From: an uncultured virus (IMG/VR IMGVR_UViG_3300042309_000903)
Lineage: Duplodnaviria > Heunggongvirae > Uroviricota > Caudoviricetes
Reading direction: 5' to 3' (one strand)
Length of the DNA stretch: 20,000 nucleotides
Virus record (IMG/VR): IMGVR_UViG_3300042309_000903
Numbering within the stretch: position 1 is the stretch's first letter; each line of letters begins with the position of its first letter. Of the stretch, positions 1 to 8,066 are shown piece by piece. Below the pieces are notes generated by a model, which was given only the letters and a program-made list of their open reading frames with translations, was not told the DNA's origin and made no database searches. Position numbers and translations under genes: made by a program.

Positions 1-923
1 ATCGTCAAACGAATACGGCCGTTAGCCGCGTCAACTTTATCAATCGTAAATGTGGCGTAAAGTGCAGGGGCGTTTGGATAAGTTCTAACTTGAGCTTTAA
101 AAGTAAGCGCTGTGACATCAAAGGGGAAGTCAAATTCGCCAGACCATGAGTCGCCCTGATAAAGCGCAATATCGTAAACACCCGCGTAAGTAGGCATTGG
201 CTTACGTCCCTTGAGGTCGTTCTGAATAAAGACGCGCTCTGGTCTACGGGAGTCATCAATCTCTTGAGCCAAGTACATAGGTACGAGCTTGTTAGTAAGG
301 CGAGAAACACGGCGAAGTGTTCCCATCTCAATACGCCAAATTCCAATGTTAAGCGCAGAGGAAAGCTGCTTGTACTGGTCAGTTCTAGATTGAATCATCT
401 GAGTAAGCTGTCGGTATCTATCGGAGCGAGGAATCATAACCCCGTCTGGTGAAGATATATTAATATCAAATGCAGAGTCTGTAGCAAGCGCCCATAGAGC
501 TTCAATTGTTGACAGAATTGCAAGTGGGTACTCTTCAACTGGCGGAAGCATGGCAATCGTCATCTGGCTTCCGTAGCCGTCTGTTCTTTCAAAGGTATGC
601 TGTTCAACCGCAGTATTAACGAACCGTGTGATATCTGAGTCTGTAAAGTATCGGTAATGGGTTCCAACTACCGAGATTGCAGCGTTAAGGGCTGGGGCAG
701 TTACAAAAGTAATAATGCCTAAATCTTGCTGAACTGTGTACCCGGCAGGGGTAGCTACTGGGCTACCAGCTACTGTAACTAAAAGAGTTGTGTTTTCAAC
801 AGGCTTCTTTTTTAAGTCAAAAACTTTAGTAGTTCCGTCGCCTGTTGCGGTGTAGGTAAACTGAGTTGGCAGGTCGCCTAGCTCAAGCCTTACTCTAGAC
901 ACTAGGTCTGCTAATACAGCCAC
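1..923 (-). CDS. Virion structural protein, probable head-completion/head-tail adaptor with Ig-like domains (partial, runs off the window start)
   Basis: Not in the ORF track. Manual translation from GTG at 923 (AGGAG RBS at 930-934) is open for 307 codons to the window edge: MAVLADLVSRVRLELGDLPTQFTYTATGDGTTKVFDL...SPDGVMIPRSDRYRQLTQMI...YDIALYQGDSWSGEFDF. It lies downstream of the capsid genes. Confidence 0.75.
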   Translation of the reverse strand, partial: MAVLADLVSRVRLELGDLPTQFTYTATGDGTTKVFDLKKKPVENTTLLVTVAGSPVATPAGYTVQQDLGIITFVTAPALNAAISVVGTHYRYFTDSDITRFVNTAVEQHTFERTDGYGSQMTIAMLPPVEEYPLAILSTIEALWALATDSAFDINISSPDGVMIPRSDRYRQLTQMIQSRTDQYKQLSSALNIGIWRIEMGTLRRVSRLTNKLVPMYLAQEIDDSRRPERVFIQNDLKGRKPMPTYAGVYDIALYQGDSWSGEFDFPFDVTALTFKAQVRTYPNAPALYATFTIDKVDAANGRIRLT

Positions 924-967
924 TAACCACTCCTAACGTAACTAATCTAATGGTAGCGGTTACGGCC

Positions 968-1015
968 AAAAAAACTTGATAAACGAAACAGCGGGGGGAA
1001 GACCGCTGCTTCGTT
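968..1015 (-). terminator. Intrinsic terminator after the capsid-associated gene
   Basis: Minus strand reads AACGAAGCAGCGG-TCTTCCCC-CCGCTGTTTCGTT, then TATCAAGTTTTTTT. Confidence 0.7.
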
Positions 1016-1021
1016 AACCAA

Positions 1022-1387
1022 TTAAATATTGGCTGCTAAGTAGCCTTTTTCTTTTAAATGTTCAGCTACTGAACGTGTAACTTCGTACTTCTGACCTGGC
1101 TTAAAGCTAAAGTTGTTTCCAGCTCCAAGAGTCATGTTTTCAATGTTTTCTACAACACGGATAATTACTGTGTCGTCTTGCTTACCTACCCGGTCTACTG
1201 TGTCAACGATAACTGTTTGACGGTCAGGCTTGGTAGCGTCAATAACTTGTGTTTCTGCTTGAATAGCAGCAGTTGCTGTTGCTAGTGACATTTCTTCGGC
1301 TCTCTTAGCTGTTTCATCTGAGAACTGGTCTGCTAGCTCATCACGGCTACGGCCTGTGACGTCTGTTGGTGATTTCTTTGTTGCCAT
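1022..1387 (-). CDS. Small capsid-associated hypothetical protein (121 aa)
   Basis: Likely start is ATG 1387 (MATKKSPT), preceded by GGAGG, rather than TTG 1459. It follows the major capsid gene directly. Confidence 0.75.
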   Translation of the reverse strand: MATKKSPTDVTGRSRDELADQFSDETAKRAEEMSLATATAAIQAETQVIDATKPDRQTVIVDTVDRVGKQDDTVIIRVVENIENMTLGAGNNFSFKPGQKYEVTRSVAEHLKEKGYLAANI

Positions 1388-1418
1388 TTGTATCCTCCGG
1401 TTTAGTAAATGAGTTTGT

Positions 1419-1453
1419 GTTGGAGCGGGGAGTTTTAAGGCTCCCCGCCCAAC
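1419..1453 (-). terminator. GC-rich stem-loop after the major capsid gene (mRNA stabiliser or weak terminator)
   Basis: GTTGG-GCGGGGAG/CTCCCCGC-T-CCAAC inverted repeat with no U-tract. Confidence 0.55.
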
Positions 1454-1474
1454 CTTCAAGATATTAAGTTGTGA

Positions 1475-2545
1475 TTAGTTGGTTTCTGCAATAACTACAG
1501 CCTGGTCAGTGATTAGACCAAGTCCGAAGATTGAGTACCAAGCAAGTGCATGCTCACGACCGAAGTCAAGAATACCGCCATCGCGGAGTTCGACTGGAAG
1601 AGAGATTGCGTGACCGAATGCGTTATCTCCAATGAAGATAGATGCATAGCGGTCTGAACCACCGTTACCTGTCTTTGTAGCAGGTGTGATGTATCCACCA
1701 CCAGCAGCAACTGTTGGGTTAGCAACTGTTGTGTCTGTTGTGTAAGAAGTACCAGCACCACCAGCGACCTTTAGGACCTGTGTGGTTTCGATGAATACGC
1801 AGTCGTACAAACGACCGATTTCACCGAGCATGAAGTTACCAGGTGCTGCGTACTTGGTTACTTCGATGAACTCTGGATTGTCGCGTAGCTTACGTGACTG
1901 GTGTGGGTGAACGAATGCAACATATGTCTCACCAAGGCGAGGAATATTCTTTGTTGCAAGGCTCTCTACTGCGTCCTTCACAGTGTGAGGTGTCATGAAG
2001 TATGAACCTGTCATTGCAGCACGGTTTGCTGCGGTTGTTCCGTCTGCGTACCAGCTGTTAACAGCTGTTAGTGCTGAGCGGTCTTCACCGTAGATTACTG
2101 ATGTTGCTGCATAGAGTGTGTCGCGTGACAACTGGTCAAGATAGATTGCCATGTTACGACCAAGAAGGCGTGAGGCTGAAGCCATTACGTCATCGAATGA
2201 AGCATTGAGCAATAGCTCAGATACAGCAAGAGCATAACCATGCTCAGTTACTGTGATTGAGAACTGCTGTGCTGTAAGTGCGTTTGTCTGCATACGTACA
2301 CCTTCGACAAGTGCTGAAGCAAAGCCGAGGTTGTTGTAACGCATGAAGTTGATTTGAAGACCTGGTGCAACACCAAGTTCTGTCTTCTTTACTGCAAACT
2401 GCTCAAAGCGCAAGATTGGCATGGCCTGGAAAAGAATTTCCTTTGACCAAATAGTCTGAATTGCTTGAGTCAGCTGTGTATTAGTACCTGAATAGGCGGT
2501 TGGGGACGCAGCGAGATTGCCGGTACCCGTAATACCAGATGCCAT
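1475..2545 (-). CDS. Major capsid protein, N4-gp56-like family
   Basis: 356 aa. Motifs LRFEQFA..K, EGV, YVAFVHPHQ..LRDNPEF...KYA, GEIGRLYDCVFIET and DFGREHALAWY. Strong AAGGAG RBS; lies downstream of scaffold and portal. Confidence 0.9.
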   Translation of the reverse strand: MASGITGTGNLAASPTAYSGTNTQLTQAIQTIWSKEILFQAMPILRFEQFAVKKTELGVAPGLQINFMRYNNLGFASALVEGVRMQTNALTAQQFSITVTEHGYALAVSELLLNASFDDVMASASRLLGRNMAIYLDQLSRDTLYAATSVIYGEDRSALTAVNSWYADGTTAANRAAMTGSYFMTPHTVKDAVESLATKNIPRLGETYVAFVHPHQSRKLRDNPEFIEVTKYAAPGNFMLGEIGRLYDCVFIETTQVLKVAGGAGTSYTTDTTVANPTVAAGGGYITPATKTGNGGSDRYASIFIGDNAFGHAISLPVELRDGGILDFGREHALAWYSIFGLGLITDQAVVIAETN

Positions 2546-2579
2546 TTATTTAACTCCTTAGTTGGATTTGGATTTGGGG

Positions 2580-3371
2580 TTACCCGAACAGTCCCTTTGT
2601 CTTCCCTTGTGCACTTGGGCTCAAGAGTCGACCACGATATTTAGCGTATTCATCCATTGACATTGACGCAATATCTTGCGCCGTTAAGTTTTTTTGCTCC
2701 GAATTGGTGTCCAAAGGTCCGGCTCCAGGAGGCAAGGTTGCCCTTGTTCCTGTCATTTCCCGGCGTGCATTCTGCATTGCAGACTGCGCCGACTCGAGAA
2801 TTCTAGTTGAGCGCTCTTTCAAGCTCTCTATGCTTGCATCAACTTCTTCAATAGTGTTTCCACTAATCAAGTCAACAAGCTCTGGCATGATGTTGTCACG
2901 CTCAGCTTCGAGCTTCTGTGCTCGGTAGTTCTGAAGTTCTGCGTATGTGCGTTCACGTTCTAGAAGTGCAAAAGCAGTTTCGCGTTCTTGACGCTCATGC
3001 TCTAGCTGTTCTTGCCATTCTTTTTCTTTCTTAGCTAGTAGGTCACGAACTTCTAGTTCGGACTCTTCCTTAGCTTTTTGCTCCTGAGCAATACGAGCTT
3101 GACGCTCTGCTTCTTCATTTGCAATTCGATTGGCTTCTTCTTCTCGACTGCGCTTCAATACATCAACTTCTTCCTTAAGCTTTTCAATCTGAGGATAAAG
3201 TTTTTCTTTTTCCTGAGAGCGAACCTTAGCAAGGTCGTCTTCTGTATAAAATTTTGTAGTTTGCGTGTTAACAACTGATGCGTCAGCATCAGAGATATTC
3301 ATAACTGGGGTTACTCCTGCTTCGGCCGCGAAAGCCTCTGCGTTTACTTCTGCAGTATCCATTCCATACAT
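2580..3371 (-). CDS. Capsid scaffolding protein
   Basis: Glu/Lys/Arg-rich coiled coil between portal and capsid genes, with a C-terminal 'DIASMSMDEYAKYR' motif typical of scaffolds. Confidence 0.8.
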   Translation of the reverse strand: MYGMDTAEVNAEAFAAEAGVTPVMNISDADASVVNTQTTKFYTEDDLAKVRSQEKEKLYPQIEKLKEEVDVLKRSREEEANRIANEEAERQARIAQEQKAKEESELEVRDLLAKKEKEWQEQLEHERQERETAFALLERERTYAELQNYRAQKLEAERDNIMPELVDLISGNTIEEVDASIESLKERSTRILESAQSAMQNARREMTGTRATLPPGAGPLDTNSEQKNLTAQDIASMSMDEYAKYRGRLLSPSAQGKTKGLFG

Positions 3372-3438
3372 CCTTTTATCCTAGGGGTCGTTGTCCGATT
3401 TAAATCACATATGACCAAACGTTGTCTTTCAGTAAACA

Positions 3439-3473
3439 ATTTTTGCTTGTTTAGCCAGACTTGTCAGCCTAAA
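3439..3473 (-). promoter_or_regulatory. Putative phage-specific promoter (copy 1 of 4), before scaffold/capsid genes
   Basis: TTTAGGCTGAC-N18-AAAAAT on the minus strand. Confidence 0.55.
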
Positions 3474-3477
3474 CTGT

Positions 3478-5199
3478 TTACTTTTCATACTCTTCCGGCA
3501 CTCTCCGTTGTGGAATTTTTGTACCGTAAGCTTCTGTTACAAGGCGCTGTCTTATTCCTTGCTCACCCATTTGTGCAAACATTTGAGCTTCATCAAGGAT
3601 AGGGCTAGCCGCTCCAGGATTTCCTGGCATAGGTTGACCTTCTGGACCCTGCATTGGTTGAGGCGGCGCTCCGTCTGGGCCTGGAAGCATTCCAGTTAAC
3701 TGAGCAATTTCTTGTTGAATCTGACCCTTAACAAGGTTAAGAGCACCGTCGGCCTTAGCGTCATCAATAAGCTCTTGACGAATTTCCATAAGTTTTTCAT
3801 CAGGGAATTCTTCGCCTAGTGAACGAAGTGCGCCTTCCTTAGACTCTAGGCCAAGAGAAAGCATTGTTTGAACTTCGTTAAGAGCGATTAGCTTGTCAAG
3901 GGGTAGCGGAGGCGGGAAGTGTACGTATGAACGGAAGCTGATTGGGTCGTTCAAATCTAAAACTTCAACTTGCCCTTCTTTAAGGGGAGCAAAACGTGTG
4001 CCTGGGTTAGCCCGCATACTGTCAGGCTCTTTAACCGCAAGGCTGATAAGGATAAGCTCGTTGACGCGCTCTAGCCCGTGTGCGTATTGAATGATTTTTT
4101 GATGGTAACGATTCATCAAAGGCTGGAACATAATTGCTAGTGCTACACCTGAGGTATTAGATACAGGCATTGCTTGACCAAGCGCAGTCTCAGGAACACC
4201 AACCATTTCGTGCATTGACTTCTTCATCATTGCAAGGAAATCCATAGCGCCCTTAAGTCCCTGTGCTCCACCTTCAAGGTTTTCTACACGAGCATCTTTA
4301 GGTAATCCACCCCATACTTTATTAGCGCCTTTTTCTAACTGCGACGCTTTAGCACCGATAATAACCGTAACTGGCGCTGCGTGGTAGTTAACGATGTCGG
4401 CAATATCTGTAGCCGTTTCATTATACGTACGGTTAATTGGAATGATGTCGTTGCAATCAGATAAGCCCCAAGGGCTACCAGAAATACGAACATTAGGAAT
4501 ATGAATAATGGGAATGACGCCAAGCGGGTTAGGGCGAGAGTCAATGAGTTCATCGTTAATGTACTCCTCAATAGAGTCATCAGTTAAAATTTCTGTGTAG
4601 GTAAACACTTGACGTGTTCCTTCAAGCGATGTGCCCCAGAAACGATACTTAAGCTTAAAACGAATTAAACGTTCACGGTCGTGAGGGTGAAATTCTGGAA
4701 ACGCAAATGATGAGTTAAGAGGCAAGATACGAACACGGCCTGGGTGAACTCGACCAGCTGGGTCTTGATAAGCCTCTTCGTAAGCAACTTTAATAAAACA
4801 ATCGCCTGAGACTCCGCCTTGCTGTCCCATTTCCCAAAGTACTGTTGCTTTGTTGTTATCTACTTCCCAAACTCTTTCTAGCAAGTCGGGAACAATAGCT
4901 TCTGTCTGCTTAGGGCTACGGAACTGAACGCCCTTACCAAATGTAAAGTTAAGAATAAAATCTGTAAACGCACGGTAGTAGTTAAGAACCATCTGTGATT
5001 CGCCTACTTGACGACGGTATGAATAGTGATGGCCAAGATACATGGCCCAGTTAAGGGAATAACGGTTTAGTCGTGGACCGTGTACTTCAAACTCTTCGTC
5101 CGCTAGTTCTACAAGACCTAGTGGAGAAATAGAGATAGTTAAATCAGAAGACGCAGCTCTATACGATGGAGGTGAGAAATCTAGACCGCTACCACTCAC
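3478..5199 (-). CDS. Portal protein (SPP1 gp6-like)
   Basis: 573 aa between terminase and scaffold. Motifs NPLGVIPIIHIPN, WGLSD..DIIPIN..YN and SNTSGVAL, plus a Pro/Gln-rich C-terminal tail. Confidence 0.88.
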   Translation of the reverse strand: MSGSGLDFSPPSYRAASSDLTISISPLGLVELADEEFEVHGPRLNRYSLNWAMYLGHHYSYRRQVGESQMVLNYYRAFTDFILNFTFGKGVQFRSPKQTEAIVPDLLERVWEVDNNKATVLWEMGQQGGVSGDCFIKVAYEEAYQDPAGRVHPGRVRILPLNSSFAFPEFHPHDRERLIRFKLKYRFWGTSLEGTRQVFTYTEILTDDSIEEYINDELIDSRPNPLGVIPIIHIPNVRISGSPWGLSDCNDIIPINRTYNETATDIADIVNYHAAPVTVIIGAKASQLEKGANKVWGGLPKDARVENLEGGAQGLKGAMDFLAMMKKSMHEMVGVPETALGQAMPVSNTSGVALAIMFQPLMNRYHQKIIQYAHGLERVNELILISLAVKEPDSMRANPGTRFAPLKEGQVEVLDLNDPISFRSYVHFPPPLPLDKLIALNEVQTMLSLGLESKEGALRSLGEEFPDEKLMEIRQELIDDAKADGALNLVKGQIQQEIAQLTGMLPGPDGAPPQPMQGPEGQPMPGNPGAASPILDEAQMFAQMGEQGIRQRLVTEAYGTKIPQRRVPEEYEK

Positions 5200-5230
5200 C
5201 GATAAATCCTTTCGTTAAACTCACAACTAA

Positions 5231-5261
5231 ATACTAGCACTAATATCGACATGTCGCTTTA
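5231..5261 (-). promoter_or_regulatory. Promoter/operator with palindrome CGACATGTCG, before the portal gene
   Basis: TAAAGCGACATGTCGATATTAGTGCTAGTAT; a near-identical copy lies at 7781-7811. Confidence 0.6.
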
Positions 5262-5570
5262 ACGCTTAAAAGATTCGCCCTTAATAACGCCATGACCAAC
5301 AGGTTTTGTAACCTTCTTCTTTTGGTCTTTTTCTTCTTTGTCTCTTTTTTCTTGTACGTAATCTCGGTTACGTGGGTCAATATCTTTTTTAGAATCTACA
5401 AATTTTCCGCCCATTTGCACATATTTAGTGTGCACCCAGTGAGCGGCTGCTGGTGAAGGATACTTAGGAAAACGTGACTTAGCCTGAACAGTAACTGTAT
5501 TCCAGAGGCGTGGATTAGCAGGTAACTGCTTTGGAGCATTAGTTACGGAACGACCAGAAATGAGTGCCAT
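5259..5570 (-). CDS. Small basic hypothetical protein, DUF5872-like
   Basis: PANPRLW...AKSRFPKYPSPAAAHWVHTKY..MGGKF resembles the DUF5872-type small phage/giant-virus domain (recognised by eye). AAGGA RBS. Confidence 0.6.
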   Translation of the reverse strand: MALISGRSVTNAPKQLPANPRLWNTVTVQAKSRFPKYPSPAAAHWVHTKYVQMGGKFVDSKKDIDPRNRDYVQEKRDKEEKDQKKKVTKPVGHGVIKGESFKR

Positions 5571-5583
5571 AGTTAATCCTTAG

Positions 5584-5620
5584 AAAAGCCCCACCAGTCC
5601 CGTTGCCAGGACGGTGGGGA
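5584..5620 (-). terminator. Intrinsic terminator with GNRA-capped stem
   Basis: CCCCACC-GTCCTG-GCAA-CGGGAC-T-GGTGGGG followed by CTTTT. Confidence 0.65.
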
Positions 5621-5633
5621 GCTACTTCTTCTA

Positions 5634-6032
5634 TTAGTCCTGCACTACTGCAGGGTTAAGGCGCTGTTGGTGTGAGCCATTGCGGAATGTTTCTTCAATG
5701 ACGTTTGAACCATAATCGCCAAAGCCAGCAGAAGCAAACTCTTGAAGAGTGTTTGGTGCTTCTACCCATGCTGCAGAACCTACGTGAGCACGCTCACGCA
5801 TTGTTTCTTCAGCTGGCTTAGTGTGAACTGCTGCATTTCGGTTTGTACGGCCTGCTGCAGGGATATAGCCCTGTGCAGCTCCGTTTGAAAATTCTTGCGG
5901 AACATCTGTATCAGTTGCAATTCCCTCTTCAAAGCGAAGTGGTCCGCGCTGTCCTGGCACTGCGCCAGCCATCTTGCGGTCGTAAACTGAACCCGGACGT
6001 TCTGGGAAACTTGGTGCTGGTGAGATTGTCAT
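5634..6032 (-). CDS. Hypothetical protein, possibly virion-associated
   Basis: 132 aa with a strong AAGGAG RBS, flanked by its own promoter motif and terminator. Confidence 0.8.
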   Translation of the reverse strand: MTISPAPSFPERPGSVYDRKMAGAVPGQRGPLRFEEGIATDTDVPQEFSNGAAQGYIPAAGRTNRNAAVHTKPAEETMRERAHVGSAAWVEAPNTLQEFASAGFGDYGSNVIEETFRNGSHQQRLNPAVVQD

Positions 6033-6070
6033 AGTTATAACTCCTTGTAAAGGTTGAGGCCTCAGGTAAA

Positions 6071-6105
6071 AGTGTGCTACTTATTTAAGGTAAATACTGC
6101 CTAAA
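6071..6105 (-). promoter_or_regulatory. Putative phage-specific promoter (copy 2 of 4)
   Basis: TTTAGGCAGTA-N18-CACACT. Confidence 0.5.
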
Positions 6106-6112
6106 GTAATAA

Positions 6113-7687
6113 TTATCTATAAAAAGGTGAAGAAGATACTTCTACCGAAGGCATAGTTAAATCCATAGTTAAACAGACAGCGATGGCCAAGCTATCCGCG
6201 TAGTCGTCGTGGGCGTGAGCTTCAGCGGGGGCGTGGGCTAAGAAATTTGGGCCTTGAAACTTTGTCTCAAGGTCGGTCATTTGTTGGTAAAAACGCTTCC
6301 AAGTTCTAAGGCGTCTGGTCTTAGCGTGTGCAGGCCAACCAACCATCCGTCGGTCAATCAAAGCCTTAAGGTGCTTCCAGCGCTTTGACTGCTCTTGTTG
6401 GCTACTGCCAATTGAGTGAACTTCTGCCCCTGGAAGTAGAAGTTTAAGGCGCTGGGCTACTGCATCACCAACTCCGTTAGCATCTACACCTACCGCTAAA
6501 ACATCGTAAGAGCCAAGAAAGTTTACAATTTGAAAATATTGGTCTTCCCAATCGTCGCCTTGAATTTCTAACCAATTAAGTACTCGGTGGTCGTAATAGC
6601 CAAACTCATCTGGTCTATCCCAGTCAACCCAAACTACAGTGACGACAGTTGAGTCCATTTTACGTGCAGGGTCAATTCCAACTACAACTGGAGTACGGTG
6701 CCAAGCCTTGACAACCTCTTGAGATGTATCTCCAAGCTCATCCATAATTGTGGACGTAACGAACATCCCGCGTTCTAGTAGCCACTTACAGTTGTACGAC
6801 ATTTGGAACTCATCAGAGTCCTCGCCAACACGAAGCATTTCTTTTTTGATGAACTTGCCGTAATTAAGGTTTACTTTTGATACGTCTTTATAATCCCATT
6901 GAAAGTGGTTCTGCCTAGATGCTCTACCTGTTTGTCTACGCTTGTTTAATTGAATAGAGCGATAAAAGTTATTCTTGTGGGTAGTCGGAGTGCCGGTCTT
7001 AACCATAGTCCCTGAGTAGTACGCAAGCATCGGAGAAATTGATTTAGATACTACGAAGTCATCTGCCTCTTGACACTCGTCAATAACAATAAGATGAAAC
7101 GACTTAGATTCAATCTTTGCGCGAGGGTTAGCTGTCATCATCATTAGGCTACTGCCTGAGTTTTTAAGTTTAATTTGTCGTGTTACTCCTGGCACTTTAC
7201 CGAGAGAGTCATCAATCTCTGGGTCACCTAAAATTTCTAATGCACGCTCAGAAGTTAGACGATTTACTGTGCGACCAAAGAGCGTTTCAACCTGCCCCTC
7301 TACTGGAGCAAACATTCCAATCCAGATGCCGTCTTTAAACTGACCAAGTAAATCTGGGTACATTTTTGCAAGTCTAGGCAACAACACCATTAACGTAGCT
7401 ACTGTATTAGCAATTGTTTCTGACTTACCAGACTGGCGTGCAGCAAGTGCAGTGATTTCTTCGCCGTCGTTAATGACCACAGACTCAATGATGCGACGAG
7501 CAAGGGGTAGTTGATACGCGTGTAACTCGTGCCCAACTAGCGCGTTCATAAACTGAATTGTTTTGTCTACAATTTTACGAACAAATTCTTTAGAGAGCTC
7601 GTCTAGCTCTTCTTCCTCTTCTTCAATGAGTTCTTCTTCATCGTCTAAGAGTTCTTCGTCTTCTTCTAAAAATTCTAACTCGCTCAT
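6113..7687 (-). CDS. terL: Terminase large subunit
   Basis: Walker A AARQSGKSE, Walker B LIVIDECQ, motif III TGTP, and RNase H-like nuclease residues VGIDPA and HDDYADSLA. Confidence 0.93.
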   Translation of the reverse strand: MSELEFLEEDEELLDDEEELIEEEEEELDELSKEFVRKIVDKTIQFMNALVGHELHAYQLPLARRIIESVVINDGEEITALAARQSGKSETIANTVATLMVLLPRLAKMYPDLLGQFKDGIWIGMFAPVEGQVETLFGRTVNRLTSERALEILGDPEIDDSLGKVPGVTRQIKLKNSGSSLMMMTANPRAKIESKSFHLIVIDECQEADDFVVSKSISPMLAYYSGTMVKTGTPTTHKNNFYRSIQLNKRRQTGRASRQNHFQWDYKDVSKVNLNYGKFIKKEMLRVGEDSDEFQMSYNCKWLLERGMFVTSTIMDELGDTSQEVVKAWHRTPVVVGIDPARKMDSTVVTVVWVDWDRPDEFGYYDHRVLNWLEIQGDDWEDQYFQIVNFLGSYDVLAVGVDANGVGDAVAQRLKLLLPGAEVHSIGSSQQEQSKRWKHLKALIDRRMVGWPAHAKTRRLRTWKRFYQQMTDLETKFQGPNFLAHAPAEAHAHDDYADSLAIAVCLTMDLTMPSVEVSSSPFYR

Positions 7688-7704
7688 ATGTTCCTTAGTC
7701 TAGT

Positions 7705-7777
7705 AAAAAACATGAAACCCTGGTAGGTATACCAGGGTTCACGCTGCCACACACGGGAGAGAAGGAAGAGAGGCAAG
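7705..7777 (-). ncRNA. Candidate small RNA or attenuating leader with a pyrimidine-rich (anti-SD-like) loop and terminator
   Basis: Follows TACAAT at 7781-7786. TGCC-[TCTCTTCCTTCTCTCCCGTGTGT]-GGCA, then terminator stem GAACCCTGGT/ACCAGGGTTT and CATGTTTTTT. Confidence 0.5.
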
Positions 7778-7780
7778 ATA

Positions 7781-7811
7781 ATTGTAGCGCAAATGTCGAC
7801 ATGTCGTTTTA
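7781..7811 (-). promoter_or_regulatory. Promoter/operator with palindrome CGACATGTCG, before the sRNA candidate and terL
   Basis: TAAAACGACATGTCGACATTTGCGCTACAAT, ending in a near-consensus -10 (TACAAT). Confidence 0.6.
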
Positions 7812-8066
7812 TCCGAGTTTTGCGGTAGTTCTGGTGTGCAACTCGTGCACAACAGCATGAAGGGCCTCTGCCCCGGTTAAAGCCTCTTCTAGAACTGCGA
7901 CATCACGGGTCCTAGAGTAAACGCTCATACAGCGACCTATTTCGTACGTAGCCTGTTCAATCCACATTTCAAGTTCTGTTGTGTGGATTCTTCTTACGCG
8001 TTTTAAAACTTTTTCTGAGAAAGGCTTATCCCAAGGACTTTTCTTTTTAAACACGCCAGTCACCAA
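7809..8066 (-). CDS. Hypothetical protein
   Basis: About 85 aa, helical. Overlaps the upstream gene; start uncertain (GTG 8054 is possible). Confidence 0.65.
   Translation of the reverse strand: MVTGVFKKKSPWDKPFSEKVLKRVRRIHTTELEMWIEQATYEIGRCMSVYSRTRDVAVLEEALTGAEALHAVVHELHTRTTAKLG

Noticed and set aside
5..452. ORF-track calls 5..346 (-) and 264..452 (+)
   Set aside because: Both are shadows of the longer minus-strand frame 1..923, which has an RBS and a protein-like sequence.
6113..7687. Intein or intron in terminase (also checked in portal and capsid)
   Set aside because: The frames are continuous and of ordinary length, with no intein terminal motifs or embedded endonuclease.
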